From positions 3,100,001 to 3,164,000 of the forward strand of contig JAQOWU010000008.1 of assembly GCA_030867685.1 (NCBI GenBank): a stretch of DNA of 64,000 bases, in the 5' to 3' direction. Shown piece after piece: positions 52,432 to 62,786 of this stretch (positions within the stretch are counted from its first letter, which is position 1; every line of letters starts with the position of its first letter). The position numbers and the translations under genes are program-made. The stretch is from Wickerhamiella versatilis. Taxonomy: Eukaryota. A model generated the notes under the pieces. The model was not told the DNA's origin and searched no databases. It saw only the letters and a list, made by a program, of their open reading frames with translations.

Positions 52432-55400
52432 ATGGAGGAAGAAGTATCGTTTACGGCGTTGACGACGCTGGATACAATGCGTCGTGATACCTCCATTTTG
52501 GGGGCTAACAACAAGATTCTTGTAGCAAATCGCAGTGAAATTGCTATTCGGGTATTCCGATCCGCACATGAACTTTCCATGATCACTGTAGGTATCTACG
52601 CACATGAGGATATTTTGAGCATGCATAGGCTCAAAGCTGATGAAGCATATGTCATTGGCGCTGCAGGACAGTATACACCTGTCGCAGCCTACCTCCAGGT
52701 TGATGAGATTATCAACATAGCCAAGGAGCATGGGGTAAATATGATTCACCCGGGCTATGGCTTTTTAAGTGAGAACTCCGAGTTTGCTCGCAAAATCGCT
52801 GAGGCTGGAATGATCTGGATTGGACCTCCCCCTGAGGTTATTGATTCGGTCGGGGACAAGGTAAGCGCAAGGCATCTGGCTAAGGCTTGCAATGTGCCCA
52901 CCGTGCCAGGAACGGAGGATGCTATCGAGTCTGTTGAACAAGCAGAAGCTTTTGTCAAGGAACACGGCTATCCTGTCATTATGAAGGCCGCCTATGGTGG
53001 TGGTGGTCGAGGAATGCGTGTCATTCGTGAAGGCGAGTCAATTTCGGATGCATTCACCCGAGCATCGTCGGAGGCCAAGACGGCTTTTGGAAATGGCACA
53101 ATTTTCATAGAACGGTTTTTGGACAGGCCGAAGCACATTGAAGTTCAACTCTTGGCCGACAATTACGGGAACGTCATTCATCTGTATGAGCGTGATTGCT
53201 CTGTACAGAGACGTTACCAGAAGGTCGTTGAAATGGCCCCATCGATCTCCTTGCCTCCGAAGACCCGTGATGCTATTTTGACCGACGCAGTTAAGCTGGC
53301 GAAACACGCTGGCTATCGCAATGCAGGCACTGCCGAGTTCTTAGTTGACACACAGGGTCGCCATTACTTTATTGAAATCAACCCGCGTATTCAGGTAGAG
53401 CACACGGTAACTGAGGAAATCACAGGAATTGACATCGTGTCATCTCAAATCCAGATTGCTGCAGGTGCCTCACTCGCTGACCTGGGACTCACTCAAGATG
53501 CTATCATGTATCGTGGATGTGCAATTCAGTGTCGTATCACCACTGAGGACCCAACACAAGGCTTCAAGCCCGATACTGGCAGGATTGAGGTTTACCGATC
53601 AGCGGGTGGCAATGGTGTGCGTCTAGATGGTGGTAATGGATTCTCGGGGTCCGTCATCAGTCCCTACTATGACTCGCTTCTTGTTAAGTGCACGTGTCTC
53701 GGATCCAGTTTTGAGGTTGCTCGAAGAAAGATGCTCCGTGCATTGATCGAGTTTAGAATTCGAGGTGTGAAGACAAATATACCATTCTTGATTTCCCTTC
53801 TCACGGCCGATATCTTCATGAAAGGAGACTGCTGGACTACCTTTATTGACGACACTCCATCTCTGTTCAACCTTCTGCGTTTCCGTAATCGTGCTCATAA
53901 GATTTTGACGTATCTCTCAGAAGTTCTCGTCAATGGGCCAACGATTGCAGGTATTCGTGGCGAGCCGCGAGTTAAAGACGTCTCAGTGCCTGTCGTTCCA
54001 GAATTAGGACCCAAGGTTCAACCGTCAACTGTGGGCTGGCGCAATATTCTAAAGAGCGGTGGTCCAGCTGCATTTGCCAAGGCAGTACGTGAGCACGATG
54101 GTTCTCTTATTATGGACACAACTTGGCGTGATGCCCATCAATCCTTACTCGCGACCCGTGTTCGGACAAAGGATCTTCTTGCCATTGCTCCACTGACATC
54201 GCATGCACTTCAAGGAGCCTTTGCCCTTGAGTGCTGGGGTGGTGCCACCTTCGATGTGGCCATGCGTTTCCTCTACGAAGACCCATGGGACCGCTTGAGG
54301 AAAATGAGGGAGCTTGTGCCGAATATTCCCTTTTCTATGTTGCTGCGTGGTGCAAATGGTGTTGCATACTCTTCCCTACCTGATAATGCAATTGACCATT
54401 TCTGTAAACGAGCCTATGAGAATGGTGTGGATGTTTTCCGCGTTTTCGATGCCCTAAATGATTTGGAACAGCTTGAGGTTGGTGTTAAGGCAGCCCGAAA
54501 GGCCGGTGGTGTTGTAGAGGCGACAGTTTGTTATTCCGGTGATATGCTTACCCCGGGCAAGAAATACAACCTAGACTACTACCTGGAACTCGTACGTGAG
54601 ATCGTAAAACTTGGCACCCATATCTTGGGCATTAAAGATATGGCTGGTACCCTTCGCCCCCCTGCCGCGACTAAGCTTATTGGTGCCATTCGTCGTGAGT
54701 TCCCTGACCTCCCAATTCATGTACACACGCATGATTCTGCTGGTACCGGTGTAGCTTCCATGGTTGCCTGCATCAGGGCCGGTGCTGATGCCGTTGACGC
54801 TGCGTCCAATTCCATGAGCGGAATGACATCCCAGCCATCTATCAGCGCTATTATTGCGTCTTTGGATGGTGAGATAGATCTCAAGTTGGATCCTGCGCTG
54901 GTGCGAGCACTTGATCAGTATTGGGCGCAAATTCGTCTTCTGTACTCGCCATTTGACGCAGACCTCAAGGGGCCGGACCCAGAGGTCTATGTCCATGAGA
55001 TTCCTGGTGGGCAACTCACTAATTTGCTCTTCCAGGCGCAACAAGTTGGGCTTGGATCTCAGTGGGCTGAGACAAAGAGGAAGTACGTTGAGGCCAACCA
55101 GCTTCTTGGTGATATCGTTAAAGTAACACCAACCTCTAAGGTGGTTGGTGATCTTGCCCAGTTTATGGTTTCCAATGATCTGAGTCCTGAAGATGTCGAG
55201 CGACGCGCTGATGAGCTCAGCTTCCCTGACTCTGTGCTAGACTTCTTCCAGGGAATGATGGGCACACCATATGGCGGATTCCCGGAGCCGCTAAGAACCA
55301 ATATCCTGCGTGGCGCGAAACGGAAGCCATTCGACAAACGTCCCGGTGCGTTGCTTCCTCCCATTGACATTGATGGTGTACGCAAGGAGCTCACGTTGAA

Positions 55401-56013
55401 GTATAAGGATAACATTACGGAGGACGATGTGGCTTCATATATCATGTATCCCAAGGTTTACGACCAATACCGTGAAACGCGCGAGAAATTTGGAGATCTT
55501 TCCGTGGTTCCCACAATTCTTTTGCTGCAGCCAGCAGAAATCAACCATGCTTATGAGGTAGAAATCTCTCCAGGTAAGGTCTTAGTAGTGAAATGTCTCG
55601 CTGTTTCCGCCCTCTCGCAGGTCACTGGTACCCGAGACGTCTTCTTCGAGCTCAATGGAGAAATCCGAAAGGTTACTGTTGAAGACCGTAAGAGCGTTGT
55701 TGAGACGATCACTCGCCCTAAGGCAGACCAATCGAACCCAAGTGAGGTCGGAGCGCCAATGGCTGGTGCCGTTGTAGAGATCCGAATTCACGAGGGACAA
55801 GAGGTCATGAAGGGTGATCCATTGGTTGTTATGTCCGCAATGAAGATGGAGATGGTGGTGTCAGCTCCTGTTCATGGATTTGTCCGCAATGTGGAGGTTA
55901 AATCTGGAGACTCTGTTGATTCTGGAGACTTGATTTGCAAAGTTGTTCATGAATCTGAGCCAGAACCTGTGCGTAATCCCATTGACAACGTGGAGAAGCT
56001 GCATGATGAGTAG
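52432..56013 (+). CDS. PYC1: Pyruvate carboxylase
   Basis: ANRSEIAIR, HPGYGFLSE, RDCSVQRR, DTTWRDAHQSL, IKDMAG, HVHTHD and biotinyl site AMKME. Confidence 0.97.
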   Translation: MEEEVSFTALTTLDTMRRDTSILGANNKILVANRSEIAIRVFRSAHELSMITVGIYAHEDILSMHRLKADEAYVIGAAGQYTPVAAYLQVDEIINIAKEHGVNMIHPGYGFLSENSEFARKIAEAGMIWIGPPPEVIDSVGDKVSARHLAKACNVPTVPGTEDAIESVEQAEAFVKEHGYPVIMKAAYGGGGRGMRVIREGESISDAFTRASSEAKTAFGNGTIFIERFLDRPKHIEVQLLADNYGNVIHLYERDCSVQRRYQKVVEMAPSISLPPKTRDAILTDAVKLAKHAGYRNAGTAEFLVDTQGRHYFIEINPRIQVEHTVTEEITGIDIVSSQIQIAAGASLADLGLTQDAIMYRGCAIQCRITTEDPTQGFKPDTGRIEVYRSAGGNGVRLDGGNGFSGSVISPYYDSLLVKCTCLGSSFEVARRKMLRALIEFRIRGVKTNIPFLISLLTADIFMKGDCWTTFIDDTPSLFNLLRFRNRAHKILTYLSEVLVNGPTIAGIRGEPRVKDVSVPVVPELGPKVQPSTVGWRNILKSGGPAAFAKAVREHDGSLIMDTTWRDAHQSLLATRVRTKDLLAIAPLTSHALQGAFALECWGGATFDVAMRFLYEDPWDRLRKMRELVPNIPFSMLLRGANGVAYSSLPDNAIDHFCKRAYENGVDVFRVFDALNDLEQLEVGVKAARKAGGVVEATVCYSGDMLTPGKKYNLDYYLELVREIVKLGTHILGIKDMAGTLRPPAATKLIGAIRREFPDLPIHVHTHDSAGTGVASMVACIRAGADAVDAASNSMSGMTSQPSISAIIASLDGEIDLKLDPALVRALDQYWAQIRLLYSPFDADLKGPDPEVYVHEIPGGQLTNLLFQAQQVGLGSQWAETKRKYVEANQLLGDIVKVTPTSKVVGDLAQFMVSNDLSPEDVERRADELSFPDSVLDFFQGMMGTPYGGFPEPLRTNILRGAKRKPFDKRPGALLPPIDIDGVRKELTLKYKDNITEDDVASYIMYPKVYDQYRETREKFGDLSVVPTILLLQPAEINHAYEVEISPGKVLVVKCLAVSALSQVTGTRDVFFELNGEIRKVTVEDRKSVVETITRPKADQSNPSEVGAPMAGAVVEIRIHEGQEVMKGDPLVVMSAMKMEMVVSAPVHGFVRNVEVKSGDSVDSGDLICKVVHESEPEPVRNPIDNVEKLHDE

Positions 56014-56398
56014 TCAAATAGTTAAGCAACCTAGTCTTCAATTAATGTTTTTTTGTTCGCAAGGAAGTGGTGATATTAGATTGAAAACCGCCGAATGAAC
56101 CAAATTCTTATCCATTGTGTTTGAGAAATTGGGTCCCTAAAAGCAGACCCTAATATTGAAATTACGATGCTAATTTGGACAACGTAATTTGAACAAGTCT
56201 ATCATGATTTATAAAAACACAGATATTTACAGCATTATTTAGGTACTGCTATTTAGAAAAATTGAATGCTCGTTAACCCTACCTTTTAAGAAAATGATAA
56301 TTTAGAACAAACACAAGTGATACTGTAAGGGGGTATTAAAGCGAAAAAAAATATTGAAATTTAGGGTATACATCCATCCATCAACTCATTCTAGCTAC

Positions 56399-57760
56399 TC
56401 AAGCTGCCACCTCATCCATAGCCTCATCTTCATATACTACTTCACCTTCCACATCATCCACTTGATCATCAACCGTTGCATTCTGATACTGATCATATTC
56501 TTGAACAAGGTCCAGGAGGTCCGAATATGCCTCAGTAAACTCTGATTCGTCCATTCCCTCACCGGTGTACCAGTGCAAGAAGGCTCTCCGACGGTACATC
56601 TGATAGAATTGCTCATTGGTTCGATTGAAAAGTTCCTGTACAGCTGTTGTATTAGCAACAAATGTGGCTGATGTATCTAAGCCCTTTGGTGCGACATTGC
56701 AGACTGAGGTCTGGAAATTATTCGGAATCCACTCAACAAACAGTGACTTATTACGCTCGTAAGCTGCCTGATTGCAGTCCTCCACCTCTTTAGTCGACAC
56801 ACGTCCACGGTATATGGTCGAGATTGTGAGGTAACGGCCATTTTGTGGGTTACACGCAGCCATCACATTGCTAGGGTTAAAAAGCTGTTGCGTGAGTTCA
56901 GGTACGCTCAGATTGTGGAATGCGCGAGTATTTGCGGCAAATAGAGGAGCAAACGCCGTTGTAAAGAAATGCAGACGGGTAAATGGCACGAGATTCACCG
57001 CCAACTTTCTAAGATCGCCATTTAATTGTCCTGGATAGCGTAGACAAGTAGTGACTCCGCTCATGAGAAGCGCGATTAAGCGATTCAGATCCTTGTGTGT
57101 AGGATGCTCAATCTTAAGGGTTCGCGTACATATATTGTACAATGCCTCGTTGTCTAGACAGTAGGTCGCATCGCTGGCCTCGACCAGCTGATGTAGTGCC
57201 AATACAGCATTGTACGGCTCAGTCACGGTCTCACTCACCCGTGGGCTAGGAAGAACAGAGTACGTAGAAATCATACGGTCAGAATACTCATCCCGGATTC
57301 TACTCATGAGCAAGGTGCCCATACCACTACCTGTACCACCACCAAGGGAGTGAGCAATTTGGAAACCCTGGAGTGAATCAGTTTGCTCGACCTCACGACG
57401 CACAGCGTCTAGCACAGGTTCCATGAGTTCTGCACCCTCAGTATAGTATCCCTTGGCCCAGTTGTTACCAGCACCACTCTCACCCGAAATGAGATTGTCC
57501 GGCCTAAATATGTTGCCAAGAGGCCCAGCTCGAATAGCATCAAGCGTGGCAGGCTCCAGATCAACAGCTACAGCACGAGGGACGTGCTTATTACCACTGG
57601 CTTCATTAAAAAACACGTCAATGCGGTCGCGGTTGGCATGGCTTGACGGATCCAGATGACCCTCTGCATCGAGCCCATGTTCCTGTGTAATAGTTTCCCA
57701 GAATGCAGAATATACCTGGTTACCTGCCTGGCCGCACTGCACAGACACGATTTCACGCAT
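56399..57760 (-). CDS. TUB2: Beta-tubulin, strongly divergent
   Basis: MREI start at 57760, [32 protein letters not shown] and an acidic tail; collinear with canonical beta-tubulin numbering. Confidence 0.95.
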   Translation of the reverse strand: MREIVSVQCGQAGNQVYSAFWETITQEHGLDAEGHLDPSSHANRDRIDVFFNEASGNKHVPRAVAVDLEPATLDAIRAGPLGNIFRPDNLISGESGAGNNWAKGYYTEGAELMEPVLDAVRREVEQTDSLQGFQIAHSLGGGTGSGMGTLLMSRIRDEYSDRMISTYSVLPSPRVSETVTEPYNAVLALHQLVEASDATYCLDNEALYNICTRTLKIEHPTHKDLNRLIALLMSGVTTCLRYPGQLNGDLRKLAVNLVPFTRLHFFTTAFAPLFAANTRAFHNLSVPELTQQLFNPSNVMAACNPQNGRYLTISTIYRGRVSTKEVEDCNQAAYERNKSLFVEWIPNNFQTSVCNVAPKGLDTSATFVANTTAVQELFNRTNEQFYQMYRRRAFLHWYTGEGMDESEFTEAYSDLLDLVQEYDQYQNATVDDQVDDVEGEVVYEDEAMDEVAA

Positions 57761-57877
57761 CGCCTTTTGTTTGTGTGGTGTGGGTGAAACTAACAACAAA
57801 TATTCGATTACAAATACGCGACAAGAAAACCCTAAGCCTATGAGAGTTACGAATAAAATAAACGGATAGAGCATAGA

Positions 57878-58705
57878 TCATTCCGGTATACTTGAAAGCT
57901 TGCTCAATCTTCGTGCAGGATTTCTATAGAGTGTTTTGGGTGGCCGAACGTGGACTGGCATCTGCCAGGGGCGTATTGTTCGACGTTTCGCAGGCAGATA
58001 GCTCTGCCTTTGGTGTGACTTCCTCGATGCATTGGTTATCGTGCTTTTGAAGGGAGCTCCCGACGTACGAGTGTCCTTCTTCTGCACAATGCTAGGTCTA
58101 GGTGCTATTCGTGGCTTCAACCCTTTTCCCTGTGGTGGAGCTCTTGCAGAACTAGCAGCAAGGGCCGTAGCCCTGACATTCGCATTAGCAGGAGTAGCAG
58201 TAGTGACAGCTATGGGCCCAGCTGGTTTTTTCGTGAAGGAGGGGGCATCCTTAACCAACCTTCGTTTTCTCTGCAACTGTTGTGGGTGCAGCAACGATGG
58301 ATTTTTATTTGGTGCTGGCACTGAATTGCTGTTTCCTGATGTGGGATGCTGGTTGTTTTGGTCATTAGATTGCTTTTTTTCCCGTTTAGTGTCAGGGGCA
58401 GCTAAATCACAAAAAACCTCATTCCTGACACTATTGGAAGCCTCAATATTTTGCTGCGTGATACGTTCTCTTTGCATGCGCACGGACTCGATACTTTGCC
58501 CTTGCCATCTGGGGTCAACAAGCTTCGCGCGGACCCGGGCGGTTTGCCCAATTAATTTTGACCATTGCGTAAACGTGTGAGATGCGCGCTTACTGGAATG
58601 CCTGGCTTTATGTGAGCAATTGAGCGCCATATCGAGAATTCCAACCGCTTTCTCAAAGAAATCAATGAGTCTATCGGCACTTTCAATCTCGTCCTGGGCC
58701 CACAT
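57878..58705 (-). CDS. Uncharacterised protein with a helical N-terminus and a basic Pro/Lys/Arg-rich tail; start could be 58795
   Basis: Open frame of 275-305 aa filling an otherwise gene-sized gap; no recognisable family. Confidence 0.6.
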   Translation of the reverse strand: MWAQDEIESADRLIDFFEKAVGILDMALNCSHKARHSSKRASHTFTQWSKLIGQTARVRAKLVDPRWQGQSIESVRMQRERITQQNIEASNSVRNEVFCDLAAPDTKREKKQSNDQNNQHPTSGNSNSVPAPNKNPSLLHPQQLQRKRRLVKDAPSFTKKPAGPIAVTTATPANANVRATALAASSARAPPQGKGLKPRIAPRPSIVQKKDTRTSGAPFKSTITNASRKSHQRQSYLPAKRRTIRPWQMPVHVRPPKTLYRNPARRLSKLSSIPE

Positions 58706-58987
58706 AGAGCCAATTATATAAGCGTACACACTGGAGTGTCTTTCTAGGCCAGATATTATCATGTAGCACAATGGGAAGCACCTACTATTAACCATGCTAA
58801 TTCTATATAGTGGATACCGAGTTGGAATGCTAATTCACGCAGTGTTTAAAACAGACACAAGAGCTATGACTTTGGACAGAAAATCCCTCATGTAGTAAGG
58901 TGAGTGATTAGGCTGAAAAAGTATCTTGACGGCGTATCGTCCTCAATCAGCAATAATATTTTTTTTGTTTGCTCTCAAGTTGCCGTT

Positions 58988-59015
58988 ACGCGCTCTAACG
59001 CGTCCCGCGACGCGT
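58988..59015. promoter_or_regulatory. Tandem MCB (MluI cell-cycle box) elements
   Basis: ACGCGT at 58998-59003 and 59010-59015 (6-bp spacer), plus ACGCG at 58988 and an internal CGCG, in a divergent intergenic region. Confidence 0.65.
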
Positions 59016-59350
59016 CACCTGGATTAGGGTGATCTGCGGCCTAACCCCTGGCCGAGCCACGAAAATAAAGCGATGGAGCAGGTAAACAAGGTAAAAACCC
59101 TCAATTAAAACTGTCAGGAAGTAGCATTCAAAACATAAAACCAGTATATATACTCTAAAAGGTACAAAAAAACTGTCTCGCACTGATTTCCTAAAAAAGG
59201 AGGAAAAAATTGGGCTACCTGTAAGGGTTAGGTCACAGCCCACAGTCTTTCCACCAAGGGGGATCGAACTTACCAACAGACGCCATTACCGGATCGCGTT
59301 CTCATTGACTGGGGAACAAAACAGAAGGTAATTGAAGCGTTTATTCCTGC

Positions 59351-61828
59351 ATGGTTGAATATGACTTTAGCCGTGCTGCGGCTCTAGAAACTGGTGAACC
59401 ATGTGCAGTTTCTCCTTTTGGTAAAGCCGACATTGTCGACCGCGATGTCTTACGTTCAGAATTGCTTAGAGGATCCGGGACAAGAATTCATTCAGGAAGC
59501 ACGGAGCTGTTGCTACTTTCAGGTAACAGGCTTGCTCTCTGCACGGATTCAGGCGAACTTATCTGCCCGGTGTTTCGAGGACCCGAGGTACCAGCTGATG
59601 TGAAGGTGAGCCAGTCATCGATTGTGGTCGAGGGAATTGGAAGCAAGTGGTCTTTTAGTGTTGATGGCATGCCGTCGGTGATTAGGCACTGGGCACCCAT
59701 TTTTAAAGGCATTTTTGGCACCAATGCGTCCCAGGAGGCTCCAAATAAATACCTGGACGGCCTGGGGATCTCTCTCAGTAGCGAAAAGCTGATTCCCTGC
59801 ATACCTACTTCCGCCGCTCTCAATACAGCCGGAAGTCGTACGAGTGTGACGACAGGATTCGAATCGGAAATCAGCCAGTTGCTCAGTGCTAACCCGGCCC
59901 TTGAACTGATGGCTCCGTCGATGCCTTGGTCTGATTCACCGGGTGACGTTACGCCCTCGCCAAATTCCCTTTATATTTCAGGAGAGGAAGAAACCCCCAA
60001 GAACACTAAGATGGAGCAGTACTCTTCAGAGAAGAGCACACCTACCCAAAAGAAGCTGGAAAGAGCGCCAGAGCGGCCGCCACCAATAATGCCACCGCCA
60101 GTCCCAGAACCTACTGAAGTCCCCGAAGTGAATGTGGGGTACGAACGTTTGGAGAAGCCCAAGCTACCGGCTGCCGCCACAGAAAATGCACCATCCACAC
60201 CAACATCTCTTAATTCGGTGGATTCGCAAAGTAAGTTACCGCTCAAGGTACGTAAGTCTTTTCAAACAATGATAAAACGTTTGCGCAAGCCGAAGTCGCA
60301 AAGGAATCTCACTACCAGGACAAGCCAGAGCGAGCCAGAACATCCAAAACCTGCCGAAAACAGTCAGAACCAATACAGACCTCCCAGTCCAAATTCCATT
60401 GAGAGTTCTAAGGAAACAGACGAAGACTCAATAAAGACTCCCATTGAAAAACACCAAAGAACAGAGTCAGCGGGCGGTGAGGTAGAAAAGCCTGAAGTAA
60501 AGGAGGATGTTTCCGCCGCGAAGACCGAGAATTCTAACGATAGTAAGGCACCAGAGCAATTGCCAAGCATACATCTCGACCGCTGGGATGATATCAGCCT
60601 TGATAACGAAGATGAAGGGAGCTCGGTGAAGCAAGAGACCAAGAATCAGCCCACCGAGGAGCCTTATAATTTGAGAAATTCGACCCGGTTTGGCTCAAAT
60701 GATTCAGGATTCGTCACTGCGTCTGAATCGGACGCGGGGTCTGCTCAAGCGGTGTCATTCGAATCTCATAATAGGACTGTCGAAATAGGAGCATCCAAGT
60801 TCTCCTCCCAGAGCTCGGGACTCTCATCCTTGTCTTTCCGATCCCACAAGTCTCAGAAATCGCACGCATCTAAGGCCTCTTCGACGCTGGAAACGTTACC
60901 GGAGGCTGATGAAGTGCCTGACTTGATTGCGGATTCCAGTGTGGACTCGCAATTTTCAGATTTTCTTGCCAGCGTGCGATCTAAGGCCAGATTAATCGAG
61001 CAGCAAAAGGAGAATGAAGAGATGGAAAAGCGCAGAGCGGCTCGAATTCAGGAACGTGAAAAGCAGACAGCAGCAGCGGTAATTGCCTATGAGAATGCGA
61101 GGGCGGTTTCCTCTGTTCCAAATTTGGAGCGTCCCATGTCAATGGCTGCGCCATCGTCTGTACCTCCTCCTCGTCCCGTTGCTCCTCCAATGATGTCTGC
61201 AAAACCGATAAAGCCAAAAACAACCGTATACCCAACCCTGGATCCGAAGAAACTTGATGCCCTTCCTCCAGCTGGCCGACAGAGACTTTCGGAAGTTTCT
61301 ATGAATGCGAGCACACCAGCCCTTAATTACCAACCAAATAAGAATACATTATTTGCTGGAGCAATGTGGGTTTCCAGGTGGACATTCGATCGGTGGACTC
61401 CGCTCTCCCAACTAGAGCTGGACACCCAGGTCGCTGTTACCGACCGCAATTCATCGCGTATCTTTGTGATGGGACCCCGAGGAACCAGTCCTACAGTATT
61501 CAGGTTCGGTAGACGCAGTAGTGTGCGTCGTGTGGGGGCTCATGATATCGAGGTTCGCATAATAGATGGCGAGACATACATGTTCAGATCCCGAGATCCG
61601 GAACGTGCTCGCCAATTCTTTGCCTCTTTGGCAACCCTACAGGGAGATGCTCGCGATTCAAACCAGACTTCAAAGTTCCGACATTCAAATAGAGAAAGTG
61701 TGGTTTCATCAACTTCCAGCAGTAGTAGCATTGATAATTTCGAAACGTGGCGACGAAGGGTGGCACCACCGCCCCTGGCAAAACCGAGATTTCTTCGGAC
61801 TCCTCCATGTACTATAATTGAGGAGTGA
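59351..61828 (+). CDS. Uncharacterised 825-aa protein, mostly low complexity, with a probable C-terminal PH-like domain
   Basis: Long ORF; Ser/Pro/Glu-rich centre with PxxP motifs; C-terminal beta-rich block ending YMFRSRDPERARQFFASL. Confidence 0.75.
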   Translation: MVEYDFSRAAALETGEPCAVSPFGKADIVDRDVLRSELLRGSGTRIHSGSTELLLLSGNRLALCTDSGELICPVFRGPEVPADVKVSQSSIVVEGIGSKWSFSVDGMPSVIRHWAPIFKGIFGTNASQEAPNKYLDGLGISLSSEKLIPCIPTSAALNTAGSRTSVTTGFESEISQLLSANPALELMAPSMPWSDSPGDVTPSPNSLYISGEEETPKNTKMEQYSSEKSTPTQKKLERAPERPPPIMPPPVPEPTEVPEVNVGYERLEKPKLPAAATENAPSTPTSLNSVDSQSKLPLKVRKSFQTMIKRLRKPKSQRNLTTRTSQSEPEHPKPAENSQNQYRPPSPNSIESSKETDEDSIKTPIEKHQRTESAGGEVEKPEVKEDVSAAKTENSNDSKAPEQLPSIHLDRWDDISLDNEDEGSSVKQETKNQPTEEPYNLRNSTRFGSNDSGFVTASESDAGSAQAVSFESHNRTVEIGASKFSSQSSGLSSLSFRSHKSQKSHASKASSTLETLPEADEVPDLIADSSVDSQFSDFLASVRSKARLIEQQKENEEMEKRRAARIQEREKQTAAAVIAYENARAVSSVPNLERPMSMAAPSSVPPPRPVAPPMMSAKPIKPKTTVYPTLDPKKLDALPPAGRQRLSEVSMNASTPALNYQPNKNTLFAGAMWVSRWTFDRWTPLSQLELDTQVAVTDRNSSRIFVMGPRGTSPTVFRFGRRSSVRRVGAHDIEVRIIDGETYMFRSRDPERARQFFASLATLQGDARDSNQTSKFRHSNRESVVSSTSSSSSIDNFETWRRRVAPPPLAKPRFLRTPPCTIIEE

Positions 61829-61943
61829 GCTTGCCTAACAACACTCTTTTTTATACACTATTTTTTGAACGAGGGTTCTCGTTATAATTTCATTCGTTTA
61901 ATTTTTATACTCTTAGACTGAACAAAAAAAACATTAGATTATA

Positions 61944-62765
61944 TTAGGTCTCGAGCGCATTAATATAAGCAGCGCCCAAAAGCCTTCGAATGTCCGCGTG
62001 GTCCACATCGTGTGTGTCTTCCACTTCACCCCAGACTTCCGTTTGATGCTTCACGTCCAGCGTGGCTAGTATTGCAAGTTCCTCAACAGGCCGTTGTGCG
62101 AGAGCGACATTCATACCAATGATGAGAGATTTTGAGGCCGTGGTAGCACGCTCAAGACTGGCAAAGCGCCATGGGTCCAGACTGTTGATCCATTTCTCTA
62201 TAGAAAGCTTTGTGGAACCCTGCTGGTAATTGCCAAAAAGTTGAGTTTCCTGGTCTAGTACAGTCAACGATGGTACTTGCCATACTTTGCAAGCATCAGA
62301 AATTACAGGTGGAAAAAGAGCGTCTTGTGCTTTTCGAAGGGCACCCTCACAATCCTTATGAGGAGCCAGGACGACCAAGGTGTCAGTGTCAATGTAAGGA
62401 AGTAGCATTGCAGTGGCCTCCTTGCGTTCAGTGGGCGTGATATCCACAGCTCTTGCCGCGAGAGACGTTAGGGGTATCAAGTGTGACTTCAGCTTGAGCG
62501 AGGGAAGTACAGACCATTCCTGTGCGATGAGATGCGCTAATATGGGCTTATTTCGGGGTATTTGCAGTAAATTTCCCGCAGGAGTTCGAAGACATTGCCC
62601 AGCGAGCTTGACTTGGAAGCCATCCGGCTTCTCATCCACGGTGATCTTATCCCAGAAATTTCCCACTTTTTCCAACGTGCTAGTTGTTGATGCATAACGT
62701 CGAGGCCTCAAGACAGTCCTCGTTAAACATGGTACCGAAAAAAATGATCTCATGGTCGGTGACAT
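61944..62765 (-). CDS. ATP12: F1-ATPase assembly factor
   Basis: LRTPAGN, LAHLIAQEW, PLTSLAARAVD, YIDTDT, LERATTASKS, QTEVWGEVEDTHDVD. Confidence 0.94.
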   Translation of the reverse strand: MSPTMRSFFSVPCLTRTVLRPRRYASTTSTLEKVGNFWDKITVDEKPDGFQVKLAGQCLRTPAGNLLQIPRNKPILAHLIAQEWSVLPSLKLKSHLIPLTSLAARAVDITPTERKEATAMLLPYIDTDTLVVLAPHKDCEGALRKAQDALFPPVISDACKVWQVPSLTVLDQETQLFGNYQQGSTKLSIEKWINSLDPWRFASLERATTASKSLIIGMNVALAQRPVEELAILATLDVKHQTEVWGEVEDTHDVDHADIRRLLGAAYINALET

Positions 62766-62786
62766 ATTCTATCGTAATCACTCCAT

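Noticed and set aside
57761-57874. 38-aa hydrophobic, signal-peptide-like in-frame extension upstream of beta-tubulin MREI
   Set aside because: Beta-tubulins begin at MREI, and the upstream ATG is 3 bp from the neighbouring gene's stop, leaving no room for a promoter; most likely a chance open frame in T-rich DNA.
58032-58580. 182-aa ORF antisense to the orphan gene
   Set aside because: Non-ATG start, and its composition mirrors the opposite-strand low-complexity protein.
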